A DNA stretch of 64,000 nucleotides, taken from contig NC_068992.1 of assembly GCF_001194135.2 (NCBI RefSeq), forward strand, positions 16,692,540 to 16,756,539. Reading direction: 5' to 3'. This DNA is from Octopus bimaculoides. Its lineage: Eukaryota. The number at the start of each line of letters is the position of its first letter. Within the stretch, counting starts at the first letter, position 1. A program made the translations under genes and the position numbers. Below are positions 1 through 13,030 of the stretch, one piece after another. A model generated the notes under the pieces. It was not told the DNA's origin. It did not search any database and saw only the letters and a program-made list of their open reading frames with translations.

Positions 1-479
1 ATAGAAATCACACCAACAGAGGCTATAGAGGAATGTGTTAAGAATATAAAAAGATTCACAGCATACATTACGAGAGGGAGAAGATGCGCCACTGTGGAGG
101 TGCCGTTTACAACAGAGGAGGAAGCAATGGAGTACTCCACAGAGGCAATAAGGACAGACGAATGGGTGCTCTTGTCTTCGTACTACGGCAAACGTGTGGC
201 CAAGGTGCGAGTGGGCAAGGTGCCACCCCAATTGAAAGAAGAAAGGCTGATGGCAGCCATAATGTTTAATATGAAAGACGGGAAGATACAGAAGGCCCAG
301 TAATCTACCCGAGAAGGTAGATTACTGGGGATATGGGATCGAATTAACGATTCAGGCAACAACAAAGGACTTGAACAGTGTGGTGGAGGAGATTTCGTTG
401 TCAGAAGATGTGATGTAATAACAGATTGTTTATAAAGCGCTTGAATCAAATGTACCGCGATATCCTTTGTGTTCTGCTT
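1..479 (+). mobile_element. Degenerate non-LTR retrotransposon ORF1 (L1/Tx1-like) fragment, truncated by window start and N-gap
   Basis: Purine-rich, coding-like sequence with frameshifts and stops. It reads EVPFTTEEEAMEYSTEAIRTDEWVLLSSYYGKRVAKVRVGKVPP, then in another frame YWGYGIELTIQATTKDLNSVVEEISLSEDV..QIVYKALESNVPRYPLC, resembling the region before the zinc knuckle of L1/Tx1 ORF1 proteins. Recognised by eye. Confidence 0.5.
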
Positions 480-1594
480 NNNNNNNNNNNNNNNNNNNNN
501 NNNNNNNNNNNNNNNNNNNNNNNNNNNNNNNNNNNNNNNNNNNNNNNNNNNNNNNNNNNNNNNNNNNNNNNNNNNNNNNNNNNNNNNNNNNNNNNNNNNN
601 NNNNNNNNNNNNNNNNNNNNNNNNNNNNNNNNNNNNNNNNNNNNNNNNNNNNNNNNNNNNNNNNNNNNNNNNNNNNNNNNNNNNNNNNNNNNNNNNNNNN
701 NNNNNNNNNNNNNNNNNNNNNNNNNNNNNNNNNNNNNNNNNNNNNNNNNNNNNNNNNNNNNNNNNNNNNNNNNNNNNNNNNNNNNNNNNNNNNNNNNNNN
801 NNNNNNNNNNNNNNNNNNNNNNNNNNNNNNNNNNNNNNNNNNNNNNNNNNNNNNNNNNNNNNNNNNNNNNNNNNNNNNNNNNNNNNNNNNNNNNNNNNNN
901 NNNNNNNNNNNNNNNNNNNNNNNNNNNNNNNNNNNNNNNNNNNNNNNNNNNNNNNNNNNNNNNNNNNNNNNNNNNNNNNNNNNNNNNNNNNNNNNNNNNN
1001 NTATATATATACAGCAATATGAACATATCAACCTACACGCACATAATATGTGAGTGTGTACGTATACATGTATGTACGTGTGTAAGAGTATATGCATGTC
1101 TACTGAGAAAAATCTCGCTATATTGAGGACGTCACGCTTCGTACTTCTATTATTGTCTGCGTTAATTTTACGCAGGACTAAAATTCAAGCATTGCACTGT
1201 TTGTGACGCCTGTATTCCTGTTCAATTAACATACCGAACATGTAATACATATTCTGAAGAGAACGAAAACAAAATTAACATTCTTTAATTCTTGGAGAAA
1301 AGATACTATCACAAGATCCTTCTTTATTAATACTGAATAAATCAAACGCTATGAATTGTAAATGATAATATAATCAGATGCGGTATCTGTATATTCAGCA
1401 GCATCGCAGCGTCTGTTTAAGATGAAGCTTAGAACATAAAAACAAAAAAAATGTATAAGGGTATGGCTAAAGTATCCTGAAAGATGTTAAGGTTGAACAA
1501 GAAGCTGACAGGAAAGAAAGAAGAACGTTCGACCGTAAATATATGTTGATGTAAATCAAAATTCTCTTCCCATCTCCAATGTAAATATCGGTTT

Positions 1595-1805
1595 CAAATG
1601 TTGGCACAAGACCAGTAGCCTCGACGGAGAGGGTACGTGGATTATATCGAACCCAATGCTCAACTGCTACTCACTTTATCGACTCGGAAATGATGAAAGG
1701 CAAAGCAGACCCACGGTGGAATGTGTACTAGAACCGAAAGACGGATGGAATGCCGCTAAGCATTTTGTTCGGCCTGTAAACGGTCCTTCAAGCTCATCTC
1801 TAACG
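1595..1805 (-). mobile_element. SINE family A copy (tRNA-like head), diverged
   Basis: Shares GCTAAGCATTTTG, GATGAAAGGCAAAG and CAACTGCTACT..TTTATCGAC blocks with the copies at 23212, 37222, 60791 and 62868. Confidence 0.75.
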
Positions 1806-2219
1806 TAAATATCAATGTACTTTTTATCACACAAAAATTATGTAGATATATGTATATATGAGTGTGTGTGCGCTGTGTTGTATGTGGGGGGTTGTATAGA
1901 TATACATATATCACGACATAAACGTGGATGTTGCGTTAGAGCAAGCAATACTGCAGTGGTCAAATTAAGAGAAACTCTCATATTGCTTATGAATGCGAAA
2001 ATGGCTCTTCTTTATATCGGTAGCGAGGAGATAAATCCTTGCAATTTGCAACTAGTCCAATATATATATATATATATTTGTACACATGTATGTATGTATG
2101 TATGTATGTATGTATGTATGTATGTATGCGCTCATGCTAACGNNNNNNNNNNNNNNNNNNNNNATATATATATATGTATGTATGTATGTATATATGTATG
2201 CATATAAAGTTTCTTGCAT

Positions 2220-2690
2220 AAGTGTATTGTGCCTTTCCATGTTTCTCTTTGCATACGTTTGGCCTAATATTGAGCCTGTAAGTGGAACATGGGCAAATAC
2301 TTGAGAAATCTGCTTTGCAATCACGTGATTTCGGTCAGTATTCAATTGCGTTGCATAACGGCTTTCGTGGGGGTTATTTTCTACATTTTCCGATTTACAC
2401 ATTTATTGTTTGTCTTCGTATTTATCAATATGCAGATGACTAAGCACTTGTCTTCAAAAGCAGCATGGAATAAAGTTCATTGGCATTTTAGAGCTATGTG
2501 TCAGGATTGTATGTCCAAATTTTTATAAATGATATTCTCTTGTCATAGCATTGCTGTCCATTCTTGGGAATATAATTCTTCCTCAATTGTCATTTATAGT
2601 AGGACCACGTTTGTCTGCTACGAACAATGAACGACTCATGTTAGTTGTAAACGTCAAATGGAATTTTCAAAAGATATATAATGACTCTAA
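2220..2690 (-). mobile_element. Possible highly decayed DNA transposase relic (Merlin/IS1595-like)
   Basis: Minus-strand peptides SRSLFVADKRGPT, IYKNLDIQS*HIALN and KSENVEN loosely follow the order of Merlin DDE motifs. There are many stops and frameshifts, so the match is weak. Confidence 0.25.
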
Positions 2691-2814
2691 CTTTTCAATA
2701 ATAATTCTTTTAATTTGAATAAATATATCAGAGCATGGCTTCTCTTTCTTCCTGCACAGATTCTGATACTATAGAAGAACTACGATTTATACTGATTTCC
2801 AATTTTGTCCCAAG

Positions 2815-2990
2815 ACCAGCAATTTCAGTGAAGCGGATCAGTTGATGAGATCGATCTCACTGCGCTACTGGTATTTATTTTATCAACCGTGAAATGAAGA
2901 AAAGTATAGTCGATCTCGGCTGAATTTGTTATAAATAGAGATGAAATGCGGCTAAGCATTGTGCCTAGTGTATTAACGAAGCTGACAGTT
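2815..2990 (-). mobile_element. SINE family A copy, heavily diverged
   Basis: Contains CTACTGGTATTTATTTTATCAACC..GAAATGAAGAAAAG..GTCGATCTCGGC..GCTAAGCATTG, collinear with the other family A copies. Confidence 0.6.
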
Positions 2991-4239
2991 TGCTACCTGA
3001 CACTAGGATTAATGTTAGCTTCATTTTGCATTAGATTATTCTAATTATTTACTAATGTACTGTAGAAATATATTAAATAAAGAATGATTTAAAACCCGAA
3101 GCCAGTTTCAAGGAGAATATGCATCAAAATGAGCAGCACAGTGCCAATGTTCGAATTTAATATACATTATAATAAGAAATTGCAGACATGCTAGTGTTCT
3201 GGAACGGGCTTGCTATCAAATCATGTTGTCAGGAATTCAGACAATTTTGCGGCACATTGGGCTAGTGTCATTGTTCTACTATTGCCTCGGGCCCCTCATA
3301 GCGTGTATACGGTCGAGATAAACTGAAAATAAACTCATCGTCTCTACATACACACGTTGGTATACATATACATATATAAAGATATGTATATGTCTCTGTG
3401 TATATATATATATATATATATGTATGTATATATNNNNNNNNNNNNNNNNNNNNNNNNNNNNNNNNNNNNNNNNNNNNNNNNNNNNNNNNNNNNNNNNNNN
3501 NNNNNNNNNNNNNNNNNNNNNNNNNNNNNNNNNNNNNNNNNNNNNNNNNNNNNNNNNNNNNNNNNNNNNNNNNNNNNNNNNNNNNNNNNNNNNNNNNNNN
3601 NNNNNNNNNNNNNNNNNNNNNNNNNNNNNNNNNNNNNNNNNNNNNNNNNNNNNNNNNNNNNNNNNNNNNNNNNNNNNNNNNNNNNNNNNNNNNNNNNNNN
3701 NNNNNNNNNNNNNNNNNNNNNNNNNNNNNNNNNNNNNNNNNNNNNNNNNNNNNNNNNNNNNNNNNNNNNNNNNNNNNNNNNNNNNNNNNNNNNNNNNNNN
3801 NNNNNNNNNNNNNNNNNNNNNNNNNNNNNNNNNNNNNNNNNNNNNNNNNNNNNNNNNNNNNNNNNNNNNNNNNNNNNNNNNNNNNNNNNNNNNNNNNNNN
3901 NNNNNNNNNNNNNNNNNNNNNNNNNNNNNNNNNNNNNNNNNNNNNNNNNNNNNNNNNNNNNNNNNNNNNNNNNNNNNNNNNNNNNNNNNNNNNNNNNNNN
4001 NNNNNNNNNNNNNNNNNNNNNNNNNNNNNNNNNNNNNNNNNNNNNNNNNNNNNNNNNNNNNNNNNNNNNNNNNNNNNNNNNNNNNNNNNNNNNNNNNNNN
4101 NNNNNNNNNNNNNNNNNNNNNNNNNNNNNNNNNNNNNNNNNNNNNNNNNNNNNNNNNNNNNNNNNNNNNNNNNNNNNNNNNNNNNNNNNNNNNNNNNNNN
4201 NNNNNNNNNNNNNNNNNNNNNNNNNNNNATATATATAAT

Positions 4240-5409
4240 CATCCTAAATTAACCCCTCGGAAGTATCATTACGGCCATTTCTATTAAAATCTACAACCTA
4301 TCGGCAAACTGGGAGAACTTTAATACAGATGTCCCGTTTTATAATTAAGCCCTACATCCCCGACACCAAACGCAAAACCAGATTAGCTAATGTCTCATCT
4401 GACATTAATCCAGAATTTATTAGAAGAATTTCTTCCGTAGATTATAAACGTATGAAAAAAGCTTTTTGTTAACCATACTAAACTTGATAACGTACTTTTT
4501 AGTAATCGTAACAAATATAAGCCCTTTACATATGAACACCCTAATGCAGTAAGACACACTGAATCTAGAAAAAGAGCAATTATTTGGTTTGTTCTGCACC
4601 ACCTCCCACCCAATTTCTCTCAGTCAAAACGTTACCAAGACTTTTCTTTAAGATTCTGGAATTAAATGTTCATAAGCACCACAAATATTACCCTATATAT
4701 ATAACAAGTATTATATAAAATTATTTTACTCTATCACGCTTAATTTGGGTTCTATTATTGCATCCATAAATAGAAATAAACTCCTAATTCAAAGGAGTAA
4801 AAGCTTATATCATCGTAAGGTACCTAATATAAGTCCAAATAATATAAATAAACCAATAAAAGTAATTCTATCTAAATATAAACGCAAACAATCCCAACTA
4901 AACTAAGCCAACTCGCCTCAACCTTAAAAAATCCGTGTAAAATTACAGATAAGAGTGCGAAAACATGTAGCTGTAGAGTCCCTCAATTATGTCCACTCGT
5001 TGGATTTCCTTTATGTAAAAGCGTAATTTATAAATATAGCGTGGCAAATGACAAGCATCAAGTAAAAGTAAATATAGGAAACACCTTAGATTTTAAGACA
5101 CGAAATATTATCCATTTCAAATCATTCAATAAGCTAAATTACAAAGGCTCAACGGCACTAGCTAGATACATACATGATTTAAAATTACAAAACATCAATT
5201 ACACATTATATTTGTCTATTATAGATGAGCCCCATCCACCCACATCCAATACGATTATGGCTAGATGTAGAATGTGCATAAGTGATTCCTACACTATTCT
5301 TCGCGTATATAATTCTGCTATATTAAATACGTTCTCCGACCCTATTCATTCGTGTAATGACAGATATTACTCTACTTTCTGGGAACAAGTCAAAATAGAA
5401 ATAAAGTAA
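4240..5409 (+). mobile_element. Penelope-like retroelement fragment (RT thumb, linker, GIY-YIG endonuclease), pseudogenised
   Basis: Translates with stops and frameshifts to RKRAIIWF..HKHHKYYPIYNKYYIKLFYSITLNLGSIIAS, then KTCSCRVPQLCPLVGFPLCKSVIYKYSV..KVNIGNTLDFKTR..HFKSF..STALARYIHDLKLQNINY..CRMCISD. This is the characteristic PLE linker, CCHH motif and GIY-YIG C-terminus (ORF track 5041..5409). The 5' side abuts an N-gap. Confidence 0.85.
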
Positions 5410-8069
5410 CTGGCTTAGGAGACTTCTTGGAGTTTTAAGTTTTTGCATCAATAAACGAATAGTTTATGTTTTCAAAGCATCAACTAAAATATTAACCTCC
5501 ATAAAACTTTGTAAGAAAAAATAAATGAGAGTTGTTCTAACGTTTCCTGTCGTACTGAGTATAGATTCTGAATAGCTTTAATATATGTGTGTGTGTGTTT
5601 GTGTGTGTAAGTGTGTGTGTGTGTGTGTGTATGTGTGTGTGTGTGTGTGTCGGTGTGTGTCGGTGTGTGTGTGTGTATGTATGTATTTATATACTTATGT
5701 ATATAACTTGCAGTCAATGAAACGCAGTCAAGACACTATTCAGTAAACATTCAAATATATTTTGACCTGAAGACTTTTAACAAATTTGCTCTTAGAACAG
5801 ACGATATATGTATATATATATATATNNNNNNNNNNNNNNNNNNNNNNNNNNNNNNNNNNNNNNNNNNNNNNNNNNNNNNNNNNNNNNNNNNNNNNNNNNN
5901 NNNNNNNNNNNNNNNNNNNNNNNNNNNNNNNNNNNNNNNNNNNNNNNNNNNNNNNNNNNNNNNNNNNNNNNNNNNNNNNNNNNNNNNNNNNNGTGTGTGT
6001 GGGTGTGTGTGTGTGTGTGTGTGTTTATAAAGATAAAGTGAGAGAGAGAGAGAGAGAGAGAGAGATAGAAGTGGTGAATGCATCTTCAGTAATTCTTCTT
6101 CAAACTCTAAAATATCTAAAGGAGATTTAGTGATACAGTACCTGCGCTAAGGTTTTAATGCGAATATTTGAATTCATTAATACTACTGAATGAAGTTCCA
6201 GGCACGGAATCATATCAGAGGCATTATTAGATATACTCTGTTCATGTACGCATACACATAACAATATACCTTACATTAATTTCGAGTAACTTGACGTCAA
6301 TGAATGCAGAAAAGGAAAGTATTCTGATTAACATCATCAATTGAACTTACCGAAATATAAGTTACTGAAAAATCAAACTCAAAATCTTTGTTTCAATCCA
6401 TGATTTTTCTTTCTCTGTTTTTGTTTTACATAAAATAGTACATCAAAGACAGATCTCGTAAAAATTCACTTCCCTTACTTAGACGAAATTACATTTTGAT
6501 TGTGATTATATCCTGTTTAACCTGATTTATAAACTTTAAACTTTATATTCGAATTTCATAATCTCGACGGTATATGTCGGTATGTCTGGAATGGAATCAA
6601 AGGACTCTAATATATTCTAACTAGATTCAGTTCAAGCTAGAGATGAATTATTCGCAATAAATTTTCAATCAATATTAAATTTCAAGTTTTGAGTTTTCAT
6701 CATCCAATTAAGGAATTATGCTGTATAGAAAAGAAGAGTAATATTCGGGTAGAGATAATTTGGAATTTTACAAGAAGAAATATAAAATATGGCCGCCAGT
6801 TGTCTGCATGTTAATATATGAAACTCTACCTTTCGTTTTAGGGGACACAATATGGAGTCTAATTATGGATAATCACTGGTGTCTCTCTTGCGATGTTATC
6901 TACTCATGACTGATATATATTTGTATCTAGCCGCGGGTGACAATCAGAAAACAAATGTGCGTTCACGGTATAGCAAATCAGAATTTCTTACAGTGTTAGT
7001 GTTGATCCAGACTCAACTACATCTATTACACTTTAATGCAAATACTTATAATCCGTGCAAAAATTGGCGAAAATATTAAGTAATCATATCAGTATGATTA
7101 CAAATATCAAATTGTAGAGACGGATCTAAATATTTTAATGCACTTACCTTTATAGTCTACAGTGGAATCTATCTTCCCCACTATCTATGATTTCTATATG
7201 TCAGATAATACTAACTGAAACGATATATATTAAATCTATAGTTGAACAGCTCTCTTTGAAATACAAAATCCTATATTCCAATCTACCAAATAATTAATGG
7301 TCCGATCCGCAAAGGTGCTCTTGATCTTCAGCTGAAAGTTAGCCCTGATTCTGAAAATCTAATTCAATCTAATTTGTGGGATGAATCATGAACTTCGATC
7401 TACAAATGTATTTTCCAGTTTATGCATTGTATTTATCAATAGGTAAAGAACTGACGGGCCCGTTGATAGACATTGATGTATTGCGTGCAATAAGTATGGA
7501 TTTTTAGGCATGCTAGACTCTCACCATGTTGCTGTGAATGTTTACACGACCGCTGACTTTGGTGATCACAGCTCAGGTAGAAGTGCAGCATACAGTCAGT
7601 GTGAGTCATTTCCTTGCATCTGTACTTAGGATCTGTTTCCTGCAGATATATTATTGCTTTGTTGAGAAGTGTTCATTGCCTGAAAAATATTTTCAAGTTT
7701 AATAAAATTTAATATGTATAGAATACATGAGGTGTCATTGTTGGCCCCAAGCCCCAATGAAGACCCCCTCCACAGGAGCTAACTTAAAAGTATATGCATT
7801 CTCTGAAACTAGAATGCATATATGTATGTATATGCATATATATATNNNNNNNNNNNNNNNNNNNNNNNNNNNNNNNNNNNNNNNNNNNNNNNNNNNNNNN
7901 NNNNNNNNNNNNNNNNNNNNNNNNNNNNNNNNNNNNNNNNNNNNNNNNNNNNNNNNNNNNNNNNNNNNNNNNNNNNNNNNNNNNNNNNNNNNNNNNNNNN
8001 NNNNNNNNNNNNNNNNNNNNNNNNNNNNNNNNNNNNNNNNNTATATATATATATTTATATGTATATAAG

Positions 8070-8103
<34 letters not shown>

Positions 8104-8104
8104 G

Positions 8105-8292
8105 ATATTTGTGTCTGCGTTTGTCCCACCACCATCGCTTGACAAACGATGTTGATGTGTTACGTCACCGTAACATAGCGGTTCGACAACGTGACCGATA
8201 GAATAAGTACTAGGCTTACAAAGAATAAGAAATGGGGTCGTTTTGTTCGACTAAAGGCGTTGCTCCAGCATGGCCGCGCTCAAATGACTAAA
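8105..8292 (-). mobile_element. SINE-like family B copy
   Basis: The reverse complement contains GGCCATGCTGGAGCAACGCC, TAAGCCTAGTACTTATTCTATCGGT and TGTCAAGCGATGGTGG..ACAAAC. These are shared with the copies at 25720, 26820, 41862 and 49495. Confidence 0.8.
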
Positions 8293-8567
8293 ATATAAGA
8301 GAATAAAAGAATATACATATGTGTGAGTATATATATAGATATATGTGTGTGTATGTATGTGTGTGTTTGTGTGTGTATGCGTGTGTCCATGTTAGTGCGT
8401 GCGTGTGCGCATGTGTGTGTCTTTGCGTGTGTATTTGATCCCCATTCCTCGCTTGACAACCACTATTGATTTCTATATCAACTATCAGTTGTCACTAATA
8501 CATAAATACATACACACAAACATGTATATGTATATTATATATTTACATACACATACATATATGTATG

Positions 8568-8631
<64 letters not shown>

Positions 8632-9939
8632 TACACACATTCATACATTCATGCATACATACACACATACCTACATCCATACATCCATACATCCATACAT
8701 GTGTGTGTATATATACATACATACTTAAACTTGTGAGATGAACAAATTAGTTAGCTTCCCGAACATGCAATCACATATTAGACTTAATTAATCAGAAATA
8801 ATAAAAATTCTTTTAAATTTTACTATTGTAACCCTCGTGTATTTCCAATTAGAATATTTAGTCATTTTAATATCCAATTTTAAACCAATCTTTGACATTT
8901 ATTACCGAGTTATGTTCTTAATGCATTTATTTAATTAATTAGCTAATGTTAAACTATAAATTATTACTCTTACACGAGACAAATATTAACATTGAAACAC
9001 GTTTTTACTGCATTAATCATCGCACAGCCTGTGCAAAATATCTATTGATCAAATTTTATAGAAATCTACGTGAATGTAGTTATATAAAGTTGGTATTTAT
9101 ATAAGTTTATTTACTTCCTAAAAAACAATTATTAAAATGCCGCCGGGTTCGACGATTAATCTTCCGTTTTCTGTTTGTTTATTTCGTGTGTTTCGATCAA
9201 CCAAAGTTATATATACATATTTTTTTTAAATATTGTATTCACGTACATACATACATATATTTTTCCCAATGCAGCTTCGGCACAGAAACGAACATAGGCA
9301 TTGGTTGAAGTGATATATGAGTTTGTTATTAGTAGAGTTGGATGAGGAGAATCAAGCGTATTTTGGAGCTAAATTCGAAATCATATCAAGTTAACTGATA
9401 TTGCTTCTTGCAATTTTGCAGAGGTAAGACGCAATTCTTATTTCATTTGTTTGTTTTTTTTTCAAACCCGTGAAAGTCTAGTGTTAATTTTTGTGACTTA
9501 GGACTATTTTGACTCCAATTTTAGCAAAGCTGGTGCATAGGAGACCGCCCTTGTGATATATAACCCTTATATACATATATATATATATATATATATACAT
9601 AATATATATATATATTTTGCCTATACGGTTTCAGCTTGCGGCCACTAACATTAATATATCTAATGAGATATTAATGTTAATGTTCTTTATATATTTTTAA
9701 AAATTATATAATTTTTACTCAGGGACTAGTAGACGCGACACCGTTCGGTAATCGGTGCGCATTCAAAACAGTGATCAGTAATTTTACGAAACTGGTATGC
9801 TTTTAAATCTTTTTAACAATTCACAGTAATGACTTTTATTACTGTTATTCCTACCTTAGTTCATCAAATTGTATATATGTATCGTTACTGTTAATAAAAA
9901 ATCCTTTAATTCTTTTGATTTCCAATGTGCATTTTCGTT

Positions 9940-9971
<32 letters not shown>

Positions 9972-11960
9972 NNNNNNNNNNNNNNNNNNNNNNNNNNNNN
10001 NNNNNNNNNNNNNNNNNNNNNNNNNNNNNNNNNNNNNNNNNNNNNNNNNNNNNNNNNNNNNNNNNNNNNNNNNNNNNNNNNNNNNNNNNNNNNNNNNNNN
10101 NNNNNNNNNNNNNNNNNNNNNNNNNNNNNNNNNNNNNNNNNNNNNNNNNNNNNNNNNNNNNNNNNNNNNNNNNNNNNNNNNNNNNNNNNNNNNNNNNNNN
10201 NNNNNNNNNNNNNNNNNNNNNNNNNNNNNNNNNNNNNNNNNNNNNNNNNNNNNNNNNNNNNNNNNNNNNNNNNNNNNNNNNNNNNNNNNNNNNNNNNNNN
10301 NNNNNNNNNNNNNNNNNNNNNNNNNNNNNNNNNNNNNNNNNNNNNNNNNNNNNNNNNNNNNNNNNNNNNNNNNNNNNNNNNNNNNNNNNNNNNNNNNNNN
10401 NNNNNNNNNNNNNNNNNNNNNNNNNNNNNNNNNNNAAGTACCAAATGAATTAATATGAAATACTTATTATATAAAGATAGAAAAATTATTTAAAAATATC
10501 ATAATATCAAAATAATAACCATTCAATAATCATCCCTTCATCCATTATAATAACATGTATATTATATACAAAAAAACATCTTACATAAATTATCATTGTT
10601 TTAAATTATCATAATATATAGAGTAATTTGCCATTGTAAAAATTGCATTTTTTTAATATTTCGTGGACGTTCAGAAATCCGATAATCCAATATAATTATA
10701 ATATCGTTATATGAATTTAATTCGTTGCTATTAAGATTAGCTGTATTGTTTTTGTTATATGTAATGTGGCGTGTTTCTTTTTTTTTTCAATTCTGCGTCG
10801 TTTTAATCTATTTATGCTGATTTTTATCCTATGCACATAAACTTCAAATATTTTAAATATTTTCTTATGTTTCAATGTTTGTAAAATATTTTGGAATAAT
10901 ATAAAAATATTATTACAATGTTTGTAATAACATCTTTGCGGGTAATTTTTAAAGTGCACGTACAGTACATTTATTCACTCTTTTCATTTTTTAGTTTGAT
11001 TTCATTTGATTTCTTATGTTTCGCTTTGTTTGTTTCCCGGACATAACATACATTCATGCATGCACATACGTACACATATTCACACACATCGCACCCACTT
11101 TCACACACATACGCACGCACATTCTTTTATACTTGTATCACTTAACACTTATCAGCCAGTATGCCGAATATATATTATTATATACATATATGTGCGTGTA
11201 TATATATCATAGTTTTAAAAATTAACGAAAGTTAATACACACACGCACATAGAGAGTGAGAGAGCGAGAGAGACGCAGAAGAGTTAGAGACCGTTGTCTG
11301 TATGCGTAAATGGACGTGTGTGTGTGTGGTGGTGGTGGGGGTGGAGGCGCCTATCGAACGACTGGCCGTTACCTTAGCTTTGAATATGTCTTTGAATATA
11401 GAAGCCAATGTCTCCCAAAGAGAAATTTCATAGACACAGATACCATACAGATGTGATGTCAATTCACACTGCAATGTTGCATGCCAAGAATGATGGATGC
11501 AGCCTGACTGTTTTTCTTTTAGTTGTTACTTTTTCTTGTCCTAGATTCAGTTCTTGTTTCTTGTGATACATTGTCGGGAAACATTTTTCTCCCTCTTTCT
11601 CTTTACTGTCAACATATATGTCAGTTTGTGCATGTGTAGAAGTGCTTAGGTTCACTATTTTAATACGGCTTTCTGTTGGAGAGACTATGCAAACTTTTTT
11701 TCTTCAACATAACATTAATATTGCATGCAAATCTACTCTATCACTATAGCACTTTCAATTCAGCGATCAATTTTTTGAGAAATTATTTGCATACGGGCAT
11801 GTAAAAAAAGGTTTACATATTTTACCACATAATATATTATTGACAATGCAGATAAAGTGATAAATTATTTGAAACCTTAAACCTGAAACACCAACAACAT
11901 TTTGTGTGTAGAGTGATTTTGTGGCTATCGAGTTGTTTTGAGTCATTTCTAGCAATGCTG

Positions 11961-11992
<32 letters not shown>

Positions 11993-12353
11993 GTAAGAGA
12001 GAGTGCTTTCGTGTTTCAAAGATTTTGCTGATAACGAGACGAGTTTATTTTAATAATTTTAAAGCTGCAATTCTTTTTCTAGACATGCATAACAAAGGTA
12101 ACACCTAATGTTTTGTCTATAATTCTCTTCAAGCAAAAATATTACTTGACAATCGTTTTCTCGCTAAATTCTGAAGAAGTTTCTTAAAAATAAACTTACG
12201 CAAGAATGGTGAAAGATTCTAACAGCTAATCTATTTTGCATCTTTAATGTAATTGATTACACTTCATACTAGACCGTTTCTTTAAATGGGTGGGGGGCAC
12301 TAACCGAAGTGCTTATTAATTCATAGATTTTCAACTGCGACATTGATCTCAAC

Positions 12354-12361
12354 TAATAATG

Positions 12362-12415
<54 letters not shown>

Positions 12416-12440
12416 GTAATAATAATAACAACAACAACAA
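12354..12440 (+). repeat. (TAA)n microsatellite grading into (CAA)n
   Basis: Read directly from the sequence. Confidence 0.95.
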
Positions 12441-12572
12441 CATCCTACGCAAAACACTTTCAATGCAGTAACCATAAGAGCATCACAGCAAACCACAGCA
12501 CATACCCAAGTCACACAGAGCTGTGCTCGGTATTGAAGTGAAAGCACGTTATAAAAATAAAACTACTGAATC

Positions 12573-12622
<50 letters not shown>
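12441..12622 (+). mobile_element. Very short 5'-truncated 3' stub of an R4/Dong-type LINE with (TAA)n tail
   Basis: ATC CTA CGC AAA ACA CTT TCA ATG CAG TAA encodes ILRKTLSMQ*, resembling the typical C-terminus (GTARILRKxL*) of RLE-type LINEs. About 100 bp of UTR-like sequence follows, then (TAA)n at about 12573-12622. Confidence 0.6.
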
Positions 12623-12624
<2 letters not shown>

Positions 12625-13030
12625 TAAGGAAACTCCAGAAGGAGTCACCGAAAATAAGAATTGCAAAATCCTGTGGGATGCAATGATCGAGTGCGATCAC
12701 CCGACAAAACATCGGAAACCGGACATTGTTGTTGTGAATAAAAAAGAAAGAGCACGCAGGATTATCGACATGCCCTGGTGGCAACAGGATCAGTGTGAAA
12801 AAAAAATTAAAAATAAACCACTATGACGATATGAAGTGGGAAATACGGAGGTTGTGGTCAATGAACAGAGTAGACGTGATACTAATAGTAACTGGTACAC
12901 TTAGAAGTATCAGCATTCAACTACCAGCATTGCTGAAAAAAAAAATCGGTGTAAATGTGAAGGTAGAACATCTAGAAAAACAGAATTGCTTGGAAGTGTG
13001 CTCCATTCAAGATGATGAAAACCTTTGAGT
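12625..13030 (+). mobile_element. R4/Dong-type non-LTR retrotransposon, 3' fragment encoding the restriction-like endonuclease
   Basis: Reads ETPEGVTENKNCKILWDAMIECDHPTKHRKPDIVVVNKKERARRIIDMP (PD..D motif), then YDDMKWEIRRLWSMNRVDVILIVTGTLRSIS..KIGVNVKVEHLEK. It begins immediately after a (TAA)n run. Confidence 0.85.

Noticed and set aside
1254-1270. CTGAAGA-GAAC-GAAA hammerhead-like core
   Set aside because: Stem II is only 1 bp and there is no stem I or III pairing.
4240-5409. Mitochondrial insertion (NUMT), suggested by the A/C-skewed composition
   Set aside because: The translation gives Penelope GIY-YIG and linker motifs, not mitochondrial proteins.
9645-9680. AT-rich hairpin TAACATTAATAT..ATATTAATGTTA
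   Set aside because: It is short and low-complexity, and such hairpins are expected by chance at this composition.
11373-11468. 96-bp open phase-0 exon candidate on the minus strand (CELTSHLYGICVYEISLWETLASIFKDIFKAK)
   Set aside because: The acceptor is poor, the peptide is unrecognisable and there are no partner exons.
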